Shown: positions 1 to 14,110 of the stretch, in pieces | How positions within the stretch are numbered: position 1 is the stretch's first letter | How the letters are laid out: each line of letters begins with the position of its first letter | Position numbers and translations under genes: made by a program | Notes under the pieces: model-generated | Database searches by the model: none | What the model saw: only the letters and a program-made list of their open reading frames with translations | Told to the model about the DNA's origin: nothing | From: Mytilus trossulus | Lineage: Eukaryota | Assembly (NCBI RefSeq): GCF_036588685.1 | Contig: NC_086380.1 | Location: 33,658,313-33,722,312 of the forward strand | Reading direction: 5' to 3' | Length of the DNA stretch: 64,000 nucleotides

Positions 1-1269
1 CATTTATAACTTCTTTCCAAAATACCTCAGACACACACATATATGTAAGTCCATATGTTAATTTTGTACATAGTTTGCGGTTGAGAAGCGTAGCATCAAC
101 ACGTGCTAAATTGTGTATCACATGTAAACATGGACGCAGCTTTCCCCCCTGCAAAACAACGCCATAGAATGAACCCCTGGATCATATATAACTCTGCTCT
201 TGATGGAGATGTTGAACCAAAGCATGTTGTCAAGGTCCATTTTTTTAGAATTTTCCAAGAACCTATCGTGCCTTTCGTTGTTTTCGGTGTTGGTCCCAAT
301 ATCATGGAATACCATCCATGTCACGCGCATAAATTACAGCTTGCAAACCGAAGCTGTCTTCGTTGTTTTTGTAGAGTGTATGTATTACTTCATTTAGAAG
401 AAACATCCTGACATCCTTATCCGCCGCACCAATTTCTGTTAAAGATGCTGCCGAAATCACATTTTGCTGTATAGGAAAATCACAGCACCACAAAACAAAT
501 GAATTCTCCCTGCTTAGGAAAAATGCCACTCTTCGTTAGGTCTAGAACCTTCCAGATTAAGTACTGAACGAGTGTAAATTGCATAGACAGTTTACGATAT
601 TAATTCGAACTAGATGACAGACACAAAGGATCCAAATACAAAATGACTCTTTTTTTTGTACTTGTACCGCCAACAATAAACAGTGGTTATCAGTATTCAC
701 AGGTATCTAAACAAGCTCTTTGTCAAACCAAGACATGTTACTCTCTATCGGGTTAATACCAATTTGACCGGAATCATGCTGCTGGCATAAAGAAATAATT
801 AAGATTCTCATTATCACTGAAAGCGATGTGTCCTTGCTTTGCTGATATTGATTAAAAATAGTCAATTATTATGAGACGTTCATCACCAGTAATGTGTGGC
901 AAATGTGTATTTGTCAATTTCCTGCTTGTTTGCAAATTCACCCGACATAAAACACACGCCGTCTGGGATTCAACAGAAATGTTCCAAGTTGTTATGTCAG
1001 GTTATAACAACTTCTTGGACTTCTGTAAAATCATTGAAGTAGCATGTTGGACGTTAAAATTACTTGCCATGGATAGAAGTTAAACCAAAGCGTTCCATCA
1101 ACGGAAACCAGATGGATTTTGTGCAAAACAATAAGTCATTTGTTCTTTCATATAATTATGAGGATATAGGTTGATTGGCAAAAGTTTTTATATCTTGTCT
1201 CAACAGGTCTGTGACATATGCTGAAATTGTGACCCTCCGATAGTCAACGTAGTATTTTGACTTAACATT

Positions 1270-1500
1270 ATGTGCATTATTATAATTTCTTTTCATGGCC
1301 ATTTGCTTTTATTTCAATCTCTTTGTTCGGTTCCTTTTTTGGGGGGAGAGTCTTTGGTTTGCTATTCGTCCTTTTTCTTCCCTTTCATTGTCACTGTCTG
1401 TGGTTTCAGTGTTTTTCCTCGTTTCACATTGAACATTTTATGTTTCTTTTCTTTTCATTTCATCTTAAATCTTTACTGTTTCTTTTCTTTTTATTTATAT
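1270..1500. repeat. Pyrimidine-rich (CT/TTC-type) low-complexity tract
   Basis: There are long runs of c/t on the + strand (ttcttttc..., ttttcttttcatttcatctt...). Overlapping ORFs 1270-1509 and 1272-1502 translate to F/L/S-rich nonsense. Confidence 0.6.
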
Positions 1501-1537
1501 AAATATTAAAGAATACTGATATAATTTGTAAAAAAAT

Positions 1538-1670
1538 GTACAAATTCTAATTTGTATTTGGACTTCGTACAAATTTTAATTTGTATTTGGACTTCGTACA
1601 AATTTTGATTTGTATTTGGACTTCGTACAAATTTTAACTGTATTTGGACAAATTTTAATTGTGCAAAAAG
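1538..1670. repeat. Tandem repeat, 29-bp unit GTACAAATTTTAATTTGTATTTGGACTTC, about 4.5 copies
   Basis: Three near-identical 29-mers read directly at 1538, 1567 and 1596, followed by a degenerate fourth copy. Confidence 0.85.
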
Positions 1671-1936
1671 TGCCTTTACAAAATTTGACGAAAATTCACT
1701 TATAACTTATAGTATAATTTATAATAAGTATTTTGTTGAAAAAAGCATTGATATACACTACAGAATTGTTGTTTATTGGCCACACTCTTCACCTGATTTA
1801 TCAAATAATAATGTACCATTATAGCGGGTTATGTTCGTGGGGTGTAAATTTTCGCTTATTTTCGCGGATAGAACAAAATTGACAAAATAAATTTCGCCAA
1901 TTTGAAAGTGCTCATACAAAGGTATTAATTAAGATA

Positions 1937-2055
1937 TAATTCCTTCATGTCATGCTCTATGCTCATTTTAACATGGGTAGGCATTATATTTGTCGATATT
2001 TTACACTGAGCGTTAGCATGTTAAAATGAGCATAGAGCATGACATGAAGGAATTA
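1937..2055. repeat. Perfect inverted repeat (39-bp arms, 41-bp spacer) with hairpin/cruciform potential
   Basis: taattccttcatgtcatgctctatgctcattttaacatg at 1937-1975 is exactly reverse-complementary to 2017-2055. Confidence 0.85.
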
Positions 2056-2896
2056 TTTCGATTCTAATAGGTCAAATATAGTATTTCTATAGGTCGAAGC
2101 GTACGAAATTCCCGTAAAAATGTTTGGCTGTTCCCATTTCCTCCTCGAGGAGTATGTGCATTGCATTTCATATTTGATAAGTTTAAAAGCTACGAGCAGG
2201 GTAAATATATGTTTTTTCATAATCAAATATAATAAAAGTTCATGTTAGCTGCTTAAATGTATATATTTTAAAGGATAACGATGGAAATAACGTTAATATA
2301 AACGTTAAGTTCATGCGCATGTGTCAAACATATCATGTGTGCTCATTAGAACACGGCTTTGTTTATATGATTACATGAAATCACCCCTAGTTTTCGAAGG
2401 GGTTCATGTTGTTGTACCCCTTTTTGTGACATTTTGTTCACGCATCATTGTCAATATAATTGAATTTGACGCGACTGTCCGTACAAGTGAGAGGATTAGC
2501 GCTATAAATTATGTTCAATCCACCATTTTTTACATTTGAAAATGCCTGTACCAAGTCAGGAATATGACAGTTGTTGTTCATTCGTTTGATGTCTTTAATC
2601 ATTTGATTTTGCCAATTGATTAGGGACTTTCCGTTATGAATTTTCCTCGGGATTCAGTTTTTTTGTGATTTTACTTTTTTACGTCAACTGAGGAAATGAC
2701 TAAAATAGTGTAAATATTACTAACCAGGATAAATAGCTTTAGCAACTAATTAAAGCAGTTGACCCCCAAAATAATTAGCCGTTGCAAAGCGTTGAAGAAG
2801 AGATAAATGGCACAGTGAAAGTCAAAAGATGTAATTGCCAATGCCATGATACACTCACCTGCTCAGATATTAAAATGATATACTATTTTTACATCA

Positions 2897-2915
2897 GAGG
2901 CCCCTGAGGGGCCTC
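2897..2915. repeat. GC-rich perfect palindrome gaggcccc-tga-ggggcctc
   Basis: 8-bp stem with a 3-nt loop, read directly from the sequence, sitting in an otherwise AT-rich context. Confidence 0.7.
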
Positions 2916-3795
2916 GGGTGTATTGCCATCGCCTACTTTTCAAAGATCTTCAAAGATCAAAGAAATGCATATATAATTAGTGTTGGGAAATTAACCGTAT
3001 GAACCCGCGGACATTATAGTGCAGAACAAAATTCCTTGTCGCTTCTTTAAAATTCATGTTTTCAATGGATACTAAGATTTTTTTGATTTTTTTTAAATGC
3101 AAATTAATAATATGAAAATGTTTTGTCGTTAGAAATATTCGTATATTAATCAAACGATCTTCAATATCAATGATATACCGAAAAATTGTTGTTGCGGATG
3201 AATACCACGAATGCATATTCATCAAGTGAGCAAGAGCGAGCGAGAGAAAATCAATTCACGCAATTACACACAGAAAGGTAATTATATTTCAATTATTTGA
3301 TTTAGAGTAACATCTTTAAACCGTTTGTAGCATGTAGTCTATAATATTAACGTAGCAAAATCAGGAATATTTAATCTGACACAATATTAAAATCATTTTT
3401 CAGGCCGCGTCCCCCGCAGCCATTTTGAAAATACCAGCAGATTGGGTAGGAGTAACAAGAACCTGCAAGGCCCTTAAAGATAAGGTTACTTTCTTTGTAT
3501 TCTTAAATGCAACAATTTGTGTTTTTTTTTAAAGATCTCAACAATTTTTTAAGTTAAATTTCTTTTCTTCGTAAATAACAAGTAGATTGATCACTTGGAC
3601 ACACTTGGAACTATTTTCTGTTTTTTAAGGTACTGTTTCGGATTTTCGCTCCTTCTCCGACCTAGTTACTTGCATTAATTAGTATATTTGAATAATTACG
3701 TCCCTTGACTAGAAAAAAATGCGGATTTTGTTAATGAATTTGTAAGTAATTCTTATATTTAATTATTGGTTGAAATAATTGTATTTTACATGTAT

Positions 3796-3820
3796 GAATA
3801 GAATAGAATAGAATAGAATA
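3796..3820. repeat. Microsatellite (GAATA)5
   Basis: gaatagaatagaatagaatagaata. Confidence 0.9.
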
Positions 3821-4570
3821 TTTTTATTTACCAAATTAGGGTATGTAATATTGTATGTAATATTCAGAGTATTCTTCCAATAGAGATGGACTATTTTTGA
3901 GTGTGAATTTTGACTCTTGCTCGTAAAAGCAAGAGTCTTATTTTACACTGAAAGTCAGAATTTGGGTAAATCACATTTACTGAATTACAATAAGTGGCGT
4001 TGTCCGTACCATTTACTAGCCTCTAGATATATTTGAAGAATCCTTACAATTTTAGAGGTATAAATATAGATTAACTGTTGTAGTATTGTATAATTTTGGA
4101 CCATGCCATACATGTCACATGTACATGTATTGCCAAAATTATTTAAAAGTTGTGTAATCCAAGGATTTGTATAGTATTTACTATACAAATCCTTGTGTAA
4201 TCCATGTAAAATTTTAGGTATTTGAATTAGACATATGTTCACGCAAGGATTTGTATAGTAAGATGGTTCACGCATACATGAGTACTTGAGCAAATACAAT
4301 CAGTTTCCAATCACTACGAGCACCCATGAGATCTTAAATTGAGCAAATATGATCACTTACATTTATGAGTAAAATTTGAGCTAGATCTACTCAATTGAGT
4401 TAGATATATTAATTTTGAGACTAATTCATATGGTTATTTGAGCACACATGTATCTATATATACTACACTACCAATAATTCACCCATACTTTTTTGGTACA
4501 TTTCTACCCTCGTGCATATCAGTACTGTTAGGAAAGACTGAAACTTATAATGTTATACTTTCAATGAAAT

Positions 4571-4956
4571 CAGTACTGATTTTGTCAGTACTGTTTCAGT
4601 ACTGATTTTGACAGTACTGTTTCAGTACTGATTTTGACAGTACTGTTTCAGTACTGATTTTGACAGTACTGTTTCAGTACTGATTTTGACAGTACTGTTT
4701 CAGTACTGATTTTGACAGTACTGTTTTAGTACTGATTTTGACAGTACTGTTTTAGTACTGATTTTGACAGTACTGTTTTAGTACTGATTTTGACAGCACT
4801 GTTTCAGTACTGATTTTGACAGTACTGTTTCAGTACTGATTTTGACAGTACTGTTTTAGTACTGATTTTGACAGTACTGTTTCAGTACTGATTTTGACAG
4901 TACTGTTTCAGTACTGATTTTGACAGTACTGTTTCAGTACTGATTTAGTACTGATT
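4571..4956 (+). repeat. Satellite array, 26-bp unit CAGTACTGATTTTGACAGTACTGTTT, about 15 copies
   Basis: Directly abutting copies with no spacers. Variants carry ttt/tta at the unit end. Confidence 0.9.
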
Positions 4957-7900
4957 TCGTAAGTAGTGTTTATTTACTAATTTCTTCAGTACTGTTTCAT
5001 TATAACACTTTTTAAATCAGACTGTATCTTTATAGTGATGCCTAGTTGTTTTGTATATTTAGGGTGGGTTAATAGTTCTCTTTGACACTTACCCCATTTC
5101 CATTCATTTTCTATATCGTGACATGTTAATGTTTTCGTTATGTTTTTTTTTATTTCCCTGATTTTTGTTGTCCTGAAGTGGTTCAGCTTTTCGACAGTTA
5201 CTTTAGCTTTTTTTTTTTTAAATATTCTGGCTTTATGTCATATTTATTGTCAGAATTTCATCTTGTGTGGTCTACAAGGTTCATGTTTTTAATACTTATT
5301 AATACTTCTATTTGACAATACCATATTACATGTATTTATATCTTGCTTGAGTCAAATCAGAACATATTGAACATTGGAACTCGATATATTACTTTTGAGA
5401 AGATGGGTGGATGGATTGATGTTATGTGATCCAGTGGCAAGTTAAGTGCAGGAAGAGGACATGATACTCAGATATAAATACAATGTAATTAACATATTTT
5501 GTACAGAACTAGACCAATAATGCACTGAGCTCCTTTTTAACATGCTAGTTCACCACAAGGAGAGAATCTGCTATAAGACATGTCCCCCTACATGAACAGG
5601 TACCTTCAGACTGGACAGTGTATGTTTTTCTCCTTTTACTGTGAGCTGAGCGAATATTCAGAATACGACCACTTTTTTTAGTCTAACTTCTCATAAATAA
5701 ATTTCCAATCATATGCTCATTGTAAGATTTTTAATAGTTAAATACATTTATTGACAGATTTCTTTTTTTTTGTATACATTAATCATGCTGCAATTTCATT
5801 CACTTGTAATGAGTGTATTGTGAATAGTAACTTAAATACATGTATGCATAACTCTTGTACTCTTTCCTATAAAACTGCACAGCGTATTTTACGAAAATAA
5901 TATATGAAATTTGGTGTTACTATATTTAGGCATCCCGTTAACGAGGAGTTGAAAGGGTGAGAACTACATTACTCAGTATAGCATGTTCACATGAGGACTG
6001 ATGACTTTCAGAAACTCTTGGTTTGTAGTTCCTTAGAAATCTCTGATTGATTTGAATCTTACAGACATACAAACAGAGGAACATTTTGTAAAATAAGCAT
6101 AAAAATTTAAAGAAAGATTTCCAACAGACTGATTAATGTCTGACGGAGGTCATTTGGTACATAATTAACCTTTTTGATTTTTGAACATGTATTGTTTGCT
6201 TTTAAAAATTAATTTTTATTGACTGAATAAAACAAGATGAAGAACTCAATTTTTTGTTCTATCTTCTTATCAACTGCAATAACTTCCATCGAAATACAAT
6301 AAACAGTAATCTTAAGAATGAACAGCATTAAAAAGTTAAAAAAAAATGTGTTTTTCTCTCTCTCAATTTAATGGGTTTTTTTTAATAACTGTTTCATAAT
6401 TCTGCTTCAATGTTATTTTCCATTGCTCTTCCTATGCATGTGATATATATCTTTGCCAACTTGTTTCTGGAAAGGAAAAAGTGGATAATAACATTTATCA
6501 TTTTGTTAAAGTCCAATTAAAGATTAAACATAGGTCAACCATGACATAATGTGAAACAGTGTACATGCATTACTAAAGGTGGTATAACGTTAATTATACA
6601 AGGTTTATATTATACAGGGAGAAAAATGAAAGAAAAGAATGGAACAATGTTTGATTTACCTACTTGAAAACTGGCCTTGAAGTCATTAAACTTTCGAGTC
6701 AGTTATTTACTCAAACTCCAAAATCAACAAATCAACCAATCAAAATGCTGGATTTCAATTTTTGACCACGATTTTTTTTCTCCGGGCACTGAGAAAATTT
6801 TGTATGACTTCAGGGCCTGATCTTATACGATTTGGAGAAGAACTTTAGTGTCCCAAGTCTGGGTTCATGGCAAATGTCCATGTTTTCAATACGGGCTGCA
6901 CTTTTTACAATACGGTATGGGTTTTCTCATTGTTGAAGTCTGCGCAGTTGTATATTATTGTTCACATTCACATCGTCTCAAATTTGGTGGATAGTTGTCT
7001 CAGTGACAATCCTACAACTTTTTATCATTTTATATATGCAATAGTTCAAAAATTAAATAAAAGTAATCTTTTTGTGATATTTTTCATTATTAGTACCAGT
7101 GGCAATTCTCATTATAATAAATTACTATCTTTTAAATCTGTTATTCGGTTACAGAGAAGGAGATCTTTGTTTATATTTCCTTTAGGTTCCTAAGTTCAAC
7201 TATGTCCTGCTGTAACACTCTGACATCTTTGGATCGGCAACAAAACACATATGTATTAATATAATCTGATTATTCGAGCACAATATCAATGCAATCTGTG
7301 AAACAGTTAAATGAGAAGTTGTGTGTACGGATATGTACTTCCCGTAGACTTCTTTGTTAACTTTAATGATATCTTTCAATTGTTGAAGAATGTATTTCTA
7401 CTCTTTTTTTTTTTGAACTTGCTCGTTGTTGGTTTGTTGTCATATGAACACACTACAACATTTCATGATATTGAAATAAAATTATAGGAATAACTGCAAA
7501 TACTTACTTTAAAAAAATCATAATTGAGTGTAAAACTATATATATACCTACCTTTTCAAATTATTTCAATGTTCTACTGTCACCTTTCATACCAGTTCTA
7601 TCTCTATCTCATATTTTATCTGTTCATGACAATTTTTAGTCGTTGATCTAAAACATTATTTTCCTCATAGACTTATACTTAGTCTTTGTGTTCTGGTGGG
7701 ATCCATTTTTAGATACCTATAACAATAGATCATACTGCATCAAATACTTTGCATGCATTTATAAAAAGTTGTTTTTCCCAACATGCATGTTATGGTATTA
7801 ATTATGGACGTAACACTTTGTAAATTATCCTTTGAAAAAATACACCATGAGATAAAGATTGTATCGATGATTTACAAAATTCTGTAAAGTGGTTCAGGAG

Positions 7901-9261
7901 TTATTGATGACACTTACGTGGGACATAAGGACAAGATATGTTCCATATGTGAACACATTCTCACTAAGAAAATGTCACCAGAAGTGCAAGTCAGTCATCA
8001 CAACGGATAATGTTCATGTGATACAGTAAAAACAGTATAACCATTGGTAGTAAAATTGTGCGGGATGTTTAATTTTCAACAAATGTAAGATTGGTCACCT
8101 TTAATCGGATGCCTCATATAGCATGTATAGAAAGAGAGTGCCATGATCTCTGCGGGTTAATAACTATTGCAACAACTCTTTGAGAGGCCGTCGGTGGCCT
8201 TTTGTCTGAATATGCTGCAGGGCAAATTCCTGTCCACCTTCAATATGCTTTCGTTGTCCAGTGGCAGTCCAAGTTTTATTGACCTTCTTTCACCCCAGAT
8301 GACATCTTTTACAGGACTAACCTATTGTACTTAATATATTTAACAATTGTTTTGAACATGCATGTTATATTTGCCACTGGACATTAAGCAAATTTTTAAT
8401 ACATGTACTCTATTATGTTATTATTTTGAGGAATCTCAGTAGGATAATTTTAAACTATGGGGATTATCCTCTTGAAATATAAATATTATTCATACAAAGT
8501 ATTGCTCAATAATTATGTGTCGGATTACTAGTATTCATGTGTCGGTCCAATTGGTCGTCGGACTAATAGGGCGTCAGGCTATTGGGGTGTCGGACCAATA
8601 TGGTGTCCGAACAGAAAGATTTAAAAGGCAAAAAAAAATTAAAAAAAATGTGCAACTTATAAAAGGGTCTGGTCTGGAAGTGGTTTCTTCATTTCTGTAT
8701 TCTGTAATATTCTATATCATTTTTCACTTTTTATTATTAATTTTGCCTGTTATTCTCTTTTCTTCATATTCAAGCACCACACTATTATCGATTCTTCATT
8801 GCTTCTGTCTACTTTATAACAACAATGGGAATAATATGAAAGCCAACCAAATAGGACATTGAAAAATTGTCTGTTTTCTGTTTCTTGGTTTATTCTTGCT
8901 TGTCGTTGGAGGCAAACTTTGTCTTTCTGTCTCTTTAGTTTGTGTGCATTATAATAAATTAAACGAATGTAACACAAATTTGCTGAACATTGCGTCTGTT
9001 ATTTAATCTCTTTTTAACAGAAGGAAAAAACTAAGATTAAATATAATCAACAGAAGTATAAAAAACTATGAACTAAGTCTTTGAAGTTAGATGCATGATT
9101 TTTGTTATTAGTTGTTAGTGGCTTTGGACTAGCTGCCAGTAACTACAAGTACTCTCAGATCTGTATTTAGTGACTTTTTTGTTGAGTAACGGTAACGTCC
9201 ATTATGTTTTTGTTACTGAGATGCATTTCTATTTGCATGCATCTGTTATTTAAAGTTAAAT

Positions 9262-9660
9262 AAGCCTTTTTCAACTGAATTTTATAGTTTGTTGTTATGT
9301 AGTACTATTACAACTCTGTTCCAGGTTTAGGGGGAAGACCCTAGCATGTTTAACCTCACCACATTCTGTATATATGTTCCTGTCTGAAGTCAGGAGCCTG
9401 TAATTCAGTGGTTGTTGTTTGTTGGTGTGTTACATATTCATTGTTCTTTCATTTTTGTACATGAATAAGAACGTTAGTTTTCTTGTTTGAATTCGTTGAC
9501 ATTTGTCATTTTGGTGCCATTTTTAGCTGACTATGCGATATGGCTTTGCTCATTATTGATGGCCGTATGGTGACGTATATTTGTTAATTTCTGGTCATCT
9601 GATCTGTTGTGGAGAGTTGTGATTATTCCGCTCATTTTGGGTGCCATGATTGGCAAATAA
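9262..9660 (+). mobile_element. Copy of a dispersed bivalve-type repeat (MITE/SINE-like, about 400 bp)
   Basis: Collinear with 30641-31004 (cctttttcaactga.tttatagtt...ccaggtt.aggggga...catgtttaacc...tcaggagcctgtaatt.agtggttgt...cgttagttttcttgtttgaatt...gactatgc..t.gggctttgctcatt.ttga.ggc.gta..gtgac...ttgtgga.agttgt...). Confidence 0.6.
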
Positions 9661-9809
9661 AATATATGTTGTTGCTGTTGTTGTTGTGTCGTTGGCAATA
9701 ATACGGTATCTTTTTTTATAAACAAATATGAAAATCGAATGTTCTGTTCCCTTATGAACCACATAAATTTTAACTAAATTCTTGAAGGGAAAGACATTGT
9801 TTTGTATAA

Positions 9810-9896
9810 ATGTCAACAGAATATAGAATTTTGTGTCAACAGAATACAAAATCAACATTCTGTATTCTGTTGACACAGTATACAGAATGTTGATTC
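9810..9896. repeat. Cluster of nested inverted repeats around gtcaacagaatac / gtattctgttgac
   Basis: 13-bp perfect palindrome arms at 9835-9874. A second arm pair aatcaacattctgt / acagaatgttgatt lies at about 9851 and 9882. Confidence 0.6.
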
Positions 9897-10439
9897 CGGC
9901 AAAATATATGATCTGACAGGATGCTCACGGAATAAAACTTGTGATGGAAGAACACATACATTTGTAAAACATACATGAACAATAGCAATCCGTAGATGAT
10001 TCGAAAAGGATCCGCCATCTCTGACTTGTCGTTACAATCGTCTCTTTCTGTAACTTTAAGACTTTCTGCAAGTGGCTGGTAAACCGATATTTTCTCTACT
10101 GTATTTCTGTATCCTATCCTTCCCGGCTGATCTGCTGTTGTCTCAATTTTTGCCGTTGATGTTATTATCGTAATCACAAAAGCGCGTCAATATGGAACAT
10201 ACAATTGCCTATTGTAAAACGTTTATGTGATTGGATTTACACATGACGTCATTCATTGTTTACAAACGTTATTTTTGCACTCGCACTGACATTTCAACAG
10301 TTCAACAGTTCAAACTTCTCCTGGATTGAATACCACAATGGGATTGAAGGTAGATCAAGGTATAGTAGTACATTGAATATTTTAAAACTGAGAAAAGTGT
10401 AGCATAGCTAATTCAAAACATATTACGTTAGTTAAAAAA

Positions 10440-11530
10440 GCAGAATGCGCGTTACACAGTGGCGGACCCCTGGGGTTCGGGGGGTGGGAACACCAAATTA
10501 TTTTGGACGTTCAATGCATTATTCTATATAATACTACTTAAAATATTTTATTTCCCCCATTTTTTCGCTATAATTATGAAATCTTTAGGCGACTGAGTTG
10601 GAACCCCCCTTCTTCCTTTTATCCCGAGTGTTTGGAACCACAGGCACTGTAAGTGCCTGTGTTTGGAACCCTCTTTTAAAACAATGGGTGGATCCGCCTC
10701 TGGTTACAGAACTTTCTGTAAATGTCAAAATAGGTATAAAATCGCGGGTTGTTTTGGATATATACATATTATTACTTCTTCGCCAAACCTTATTAAATAG
10801 ATTATAGTATTAATATTTGTCAAATTGATATTTGTGAAATGATCAGCCTGACTTTCTAAACATATGATTGGATAAAGGGAGGTGCGGTACACCCCTCGGT
10901 GTAAGAAGGGGGAGGGGTCCGAAGGTTTGACCCCTTTTTAACGATAAATGCATCATAAATTTGAAAAGGGAAATCTATTTGGAAACCCTATCTCGAGATT
11001 TGGAACCCCCTTTTAAAAATGTGTTTCCTATTTTGACAGGATTTTTTTTATAGGGCACAATGCTTCATTTAGTTTGGGAAACATTTTAATATATAAGTCC
11101 TAGGTGCCTACAAAATTATTTCATCTCGCCACATTGACTGCTGTGTTTGTTGCTGTTCAGTTGTTGCTGCATATATTTATATTTTTATATATAAGTAATC
11201 TCGTTTGAAATGATTTTACAACAACATTTCTGTTACTTCTGGGTTTTTTTAATAATTTGTTTGCATACTATGCGATCTGGGCAATGCGATACATGGGTTT
11301 GCTCATTGTGCATTTGATGTGGTAAAAATCAGGGGCGGATCTAATTCTAATTTGATTGTCAGTGTACACACAACCAGTATGTTGTTTCAGTCCGATGCAT
11401 TTTTGGCCCGGTGTAACCATTCTCAGTGGCGGATCCATAAATTTACATGAGTGGGGGCCCACTGACTGACTTAAGAGGGGACCGGCTCCAGTCACGCTTC
11501 AATAATTCCCCTATATAAGCAACCAAATTT
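10440..11530. repeat. Cluster of 4-5 copies or fragments of a GC-rich dispersed repeat family whose head motif is CAGTGGCGGATCC...GGGGG
   Basis: cagtggcggacccctggggttcggggggtggg sits near 10457, and ggtggatccgcc near 10688 in inverted orientation. ggaaccccc...cgagatttggaaccccc lies at 10990-11010. caggggcggatct is at 11331 and cagtggcggatccat at 11427. Related copies occur at 27470-27620, 27770-27850, 28190-28270, 36770-36870, 58250-58440, 63040-63075 and 63670-63710. Confidence 0.5.
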
Positions 11531-13209
11531 TGCCCCCCCCCCTAAATCAACCTCTGACTCTAGGCAGCCCTCACACACGAGTAATTGGGGTCGATGGGTT
11601 GGGTGGCTCAGTGTTGTATTAATATATAAGAAGATGTGGTATAACTGCCAATGAGAAAAGTCTCCTGTTCATATAAGTCGTAATTTGTAGAAGTAAACCA
11701 TTATAGGTCAAAGTACGGTCTTCAATACCGTGCCTGCATGGGCTCTCACCGAACAGCAAGGTGTAAAGGGCCCCAAAAGTGACTAGTTTAAAACCATTCA
11801 AACTTGAAAACCAACTACTGAATACCAAACTCCTGACGTAAGACAATAACCTTTTTGTATTGTTACAATCTCAAAAAACGTGTCCGATAATTTAAGAATG
11901 TGTCCGGTTAAAAAAAACAGAATATTTCAAAACTCATATACCCCCAATGATACTCTGTAAAGTAAAAACGCAATTCAATATTAATGGTGTGGGATACGAT
12001 AGAACCCGTATTGTAAATGATTAGAAAAAAAAGTCGAAGCAGGTGCCAAAAACAAATCTGGAGGAAAGGTTTAGTAATCCGTACAGACAAATGTCCAAGG
12101 CATGCTACACTGTGCACGCTTTCTTCTGCTTGCAGACACAGACTACAGGTCTGGTTAAAAAAAAAAATTGCACAATAAAAAGTTATTTTTATTTGAAGCG
12201 CTTTAATTTATGATTTTCTTTATCAATATGATTATTATCATTATAAAGTTCAGACAGAGGTACTTCACAATTTAGAAAACTAATACATCATGTATATTTT
12301 ATATTGTATTATCTTCCCGGTGCTTGACCACGTTTACTGTATGTCATTGATAAACATTAGTTTGTTCAGCATAGGTAATTCATAACAAGCACAACTGCAG
12401 GCTAAGATTACAACACATACTTTACTTTTGATTACTTAATGTCCAGTGGCAAATATGTCATGCGTATTTAGAAAAAAAAAACCATTAACATTGCATTTAA
12501 TAAGTTTTGTAAAGTTTAAATCATCGTTTATAAATAGAAAGTAAATTCTATTGTTTTATATTATACGGTGATGCCTATAAATGTCTTTTTACAAAATGTA
12601 TGTATATGAGGGTACTGCTCGACCGGCGTCCCGCAGAAGTGGTTTCGCCAGTGCAATTTGACATGTTTATCAAATCATTGACGCGTTTTGGAGGAATCAG
12701 ACACGTTTCTGTGTGCTACCATGGATAGATGTATAACATCTGTGGCTAGGTGCTACATATATGACTATGTACGATAAATTTTCAATTAAATTAAATTTCC
12801 ACTTCAATCTATTAAACATTAATGTACTTTTGTATAAAGTAGTTAGTATATATAAATGTCTTTCGTCGTTGTTTCACGGATCTTATTATAAAGAGCACAT
12901 AAATAGACCGATGGTTAAAGCTACACGTGTATGAAATACTTGCCACTGGCAAACACCAATACTTTGATGATGATGAATTAAATTATCATATTTTCCTTTT
13001 TTTTTTTTATTTAGAAACAAATTTCAACTTTGATTGATTATAATATATACATGTAGTATCAGAAGTCCAGTCCATTAGTGATTACTGGACTTATGGTAGT
13101 ATATAAAGTAATAAGTAAATTTTGATGTCATACCATTCCCTTCCATAATTGTGCATTCTTTTTATTTTTACATTTATAACACAGAAATGAGGAAAGTTTT
13201 AACATAAGA

Positions 13210-13330
13210 AAATTTATTGTAGCCTAGACCTGTTGGTGACCTTCTGCTGTTGTTTTTTATTTGGTCGGGTTGTTGTCTCTTTGACACATTCCCCATATCC
13301 ATTCTCAATTTTATTATTTATAAATTCATT
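13210..13330 (-). mobile_element. Partial copy (5' region, reverse strand) of the ~320-bp SINE-like element
   Basis: The reverse complement matches aaattgagaatggaaatggggaatgtgtcaaagagacaacaacccgaccaaa...acagcagaaggtcaccaacaggtct, which is seen at 15875 and 46915. Confidence 0.6.
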
Positions 13331-14110
13331 ACATTTTCTTTCCTCAGAATGATTAACAGCAATGGAGACAGGAGCAGACATGGGAATGTTCGATGTGAAA
13401 ATTGAAGACCTATAAACAAAATGATGTATCAATATGGCACTCATCAGAAAAAAAAAACCAACATTTAATCATGAACCATTGAATCCTGAGTTTCGTACAA
13501 TTACCAAAACATTAAAGGTGGATGCTTATAATGAGCTCATATTAGAACTAAAGTGTCCTCTTGAATTACCACTGTACATGTAAAAAGACACATCATATCC
13601 GGGACTGAATTGAGGAAAAGAGCCAGGAAACTGACATTCAACAAAGCATTCCAAAGAAAAGATGGCATAGGGGGAGAGCAATGAAACATGATACATGCAA
13701 AATTAATTGTTTCTTGATTGTTTTATTTATGAGCTTTAAAGGGTCATAAAATAACCAAGGGGCATGAAAATGACAGAGATTTTTGCCACAAACTTCACAT
13801 GTTGGTATGACATTGAATGTTTTATTATATATTAAAAAATGGTTATGAAAAGAAATTCCAGTTATGATTAAAAATAAGGTAATCGAGACATTGTTTTGTG
13901 TTGATTATAATGCATTGCCTAACATAGTAACATATGACTGCATTAATTACAATATATTTTAAGCAATAGCAAAATACCAAAAAATGAACAGTATTGAAGA
14001 TTCTTATCTTGTTTGATATATATATAAATTATGCGCTATTATACAATTGATACTGTAAAATATCAGCCTCGAACCACAGTGTGAATCTTCCTGATGTCGA
14101 GTGCGTTACC

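Noticed and set aside
96-530. Slightly GC-richer stretch with overlapping ORFs on both strands (possible exon)
   Set aside because: There is no frame continuity between the minus-strand ORFs. There is no recognisable protein motif and no splice-site support, and nothing can be verified without a homology search.
4571-4956. 26-bp direct-repeat array considered as a CRISPR array
   Set aside because: Units abut without spacers. The window is eukaryotic satellite DNA, and the same array recurs inverted at 14868-15137.
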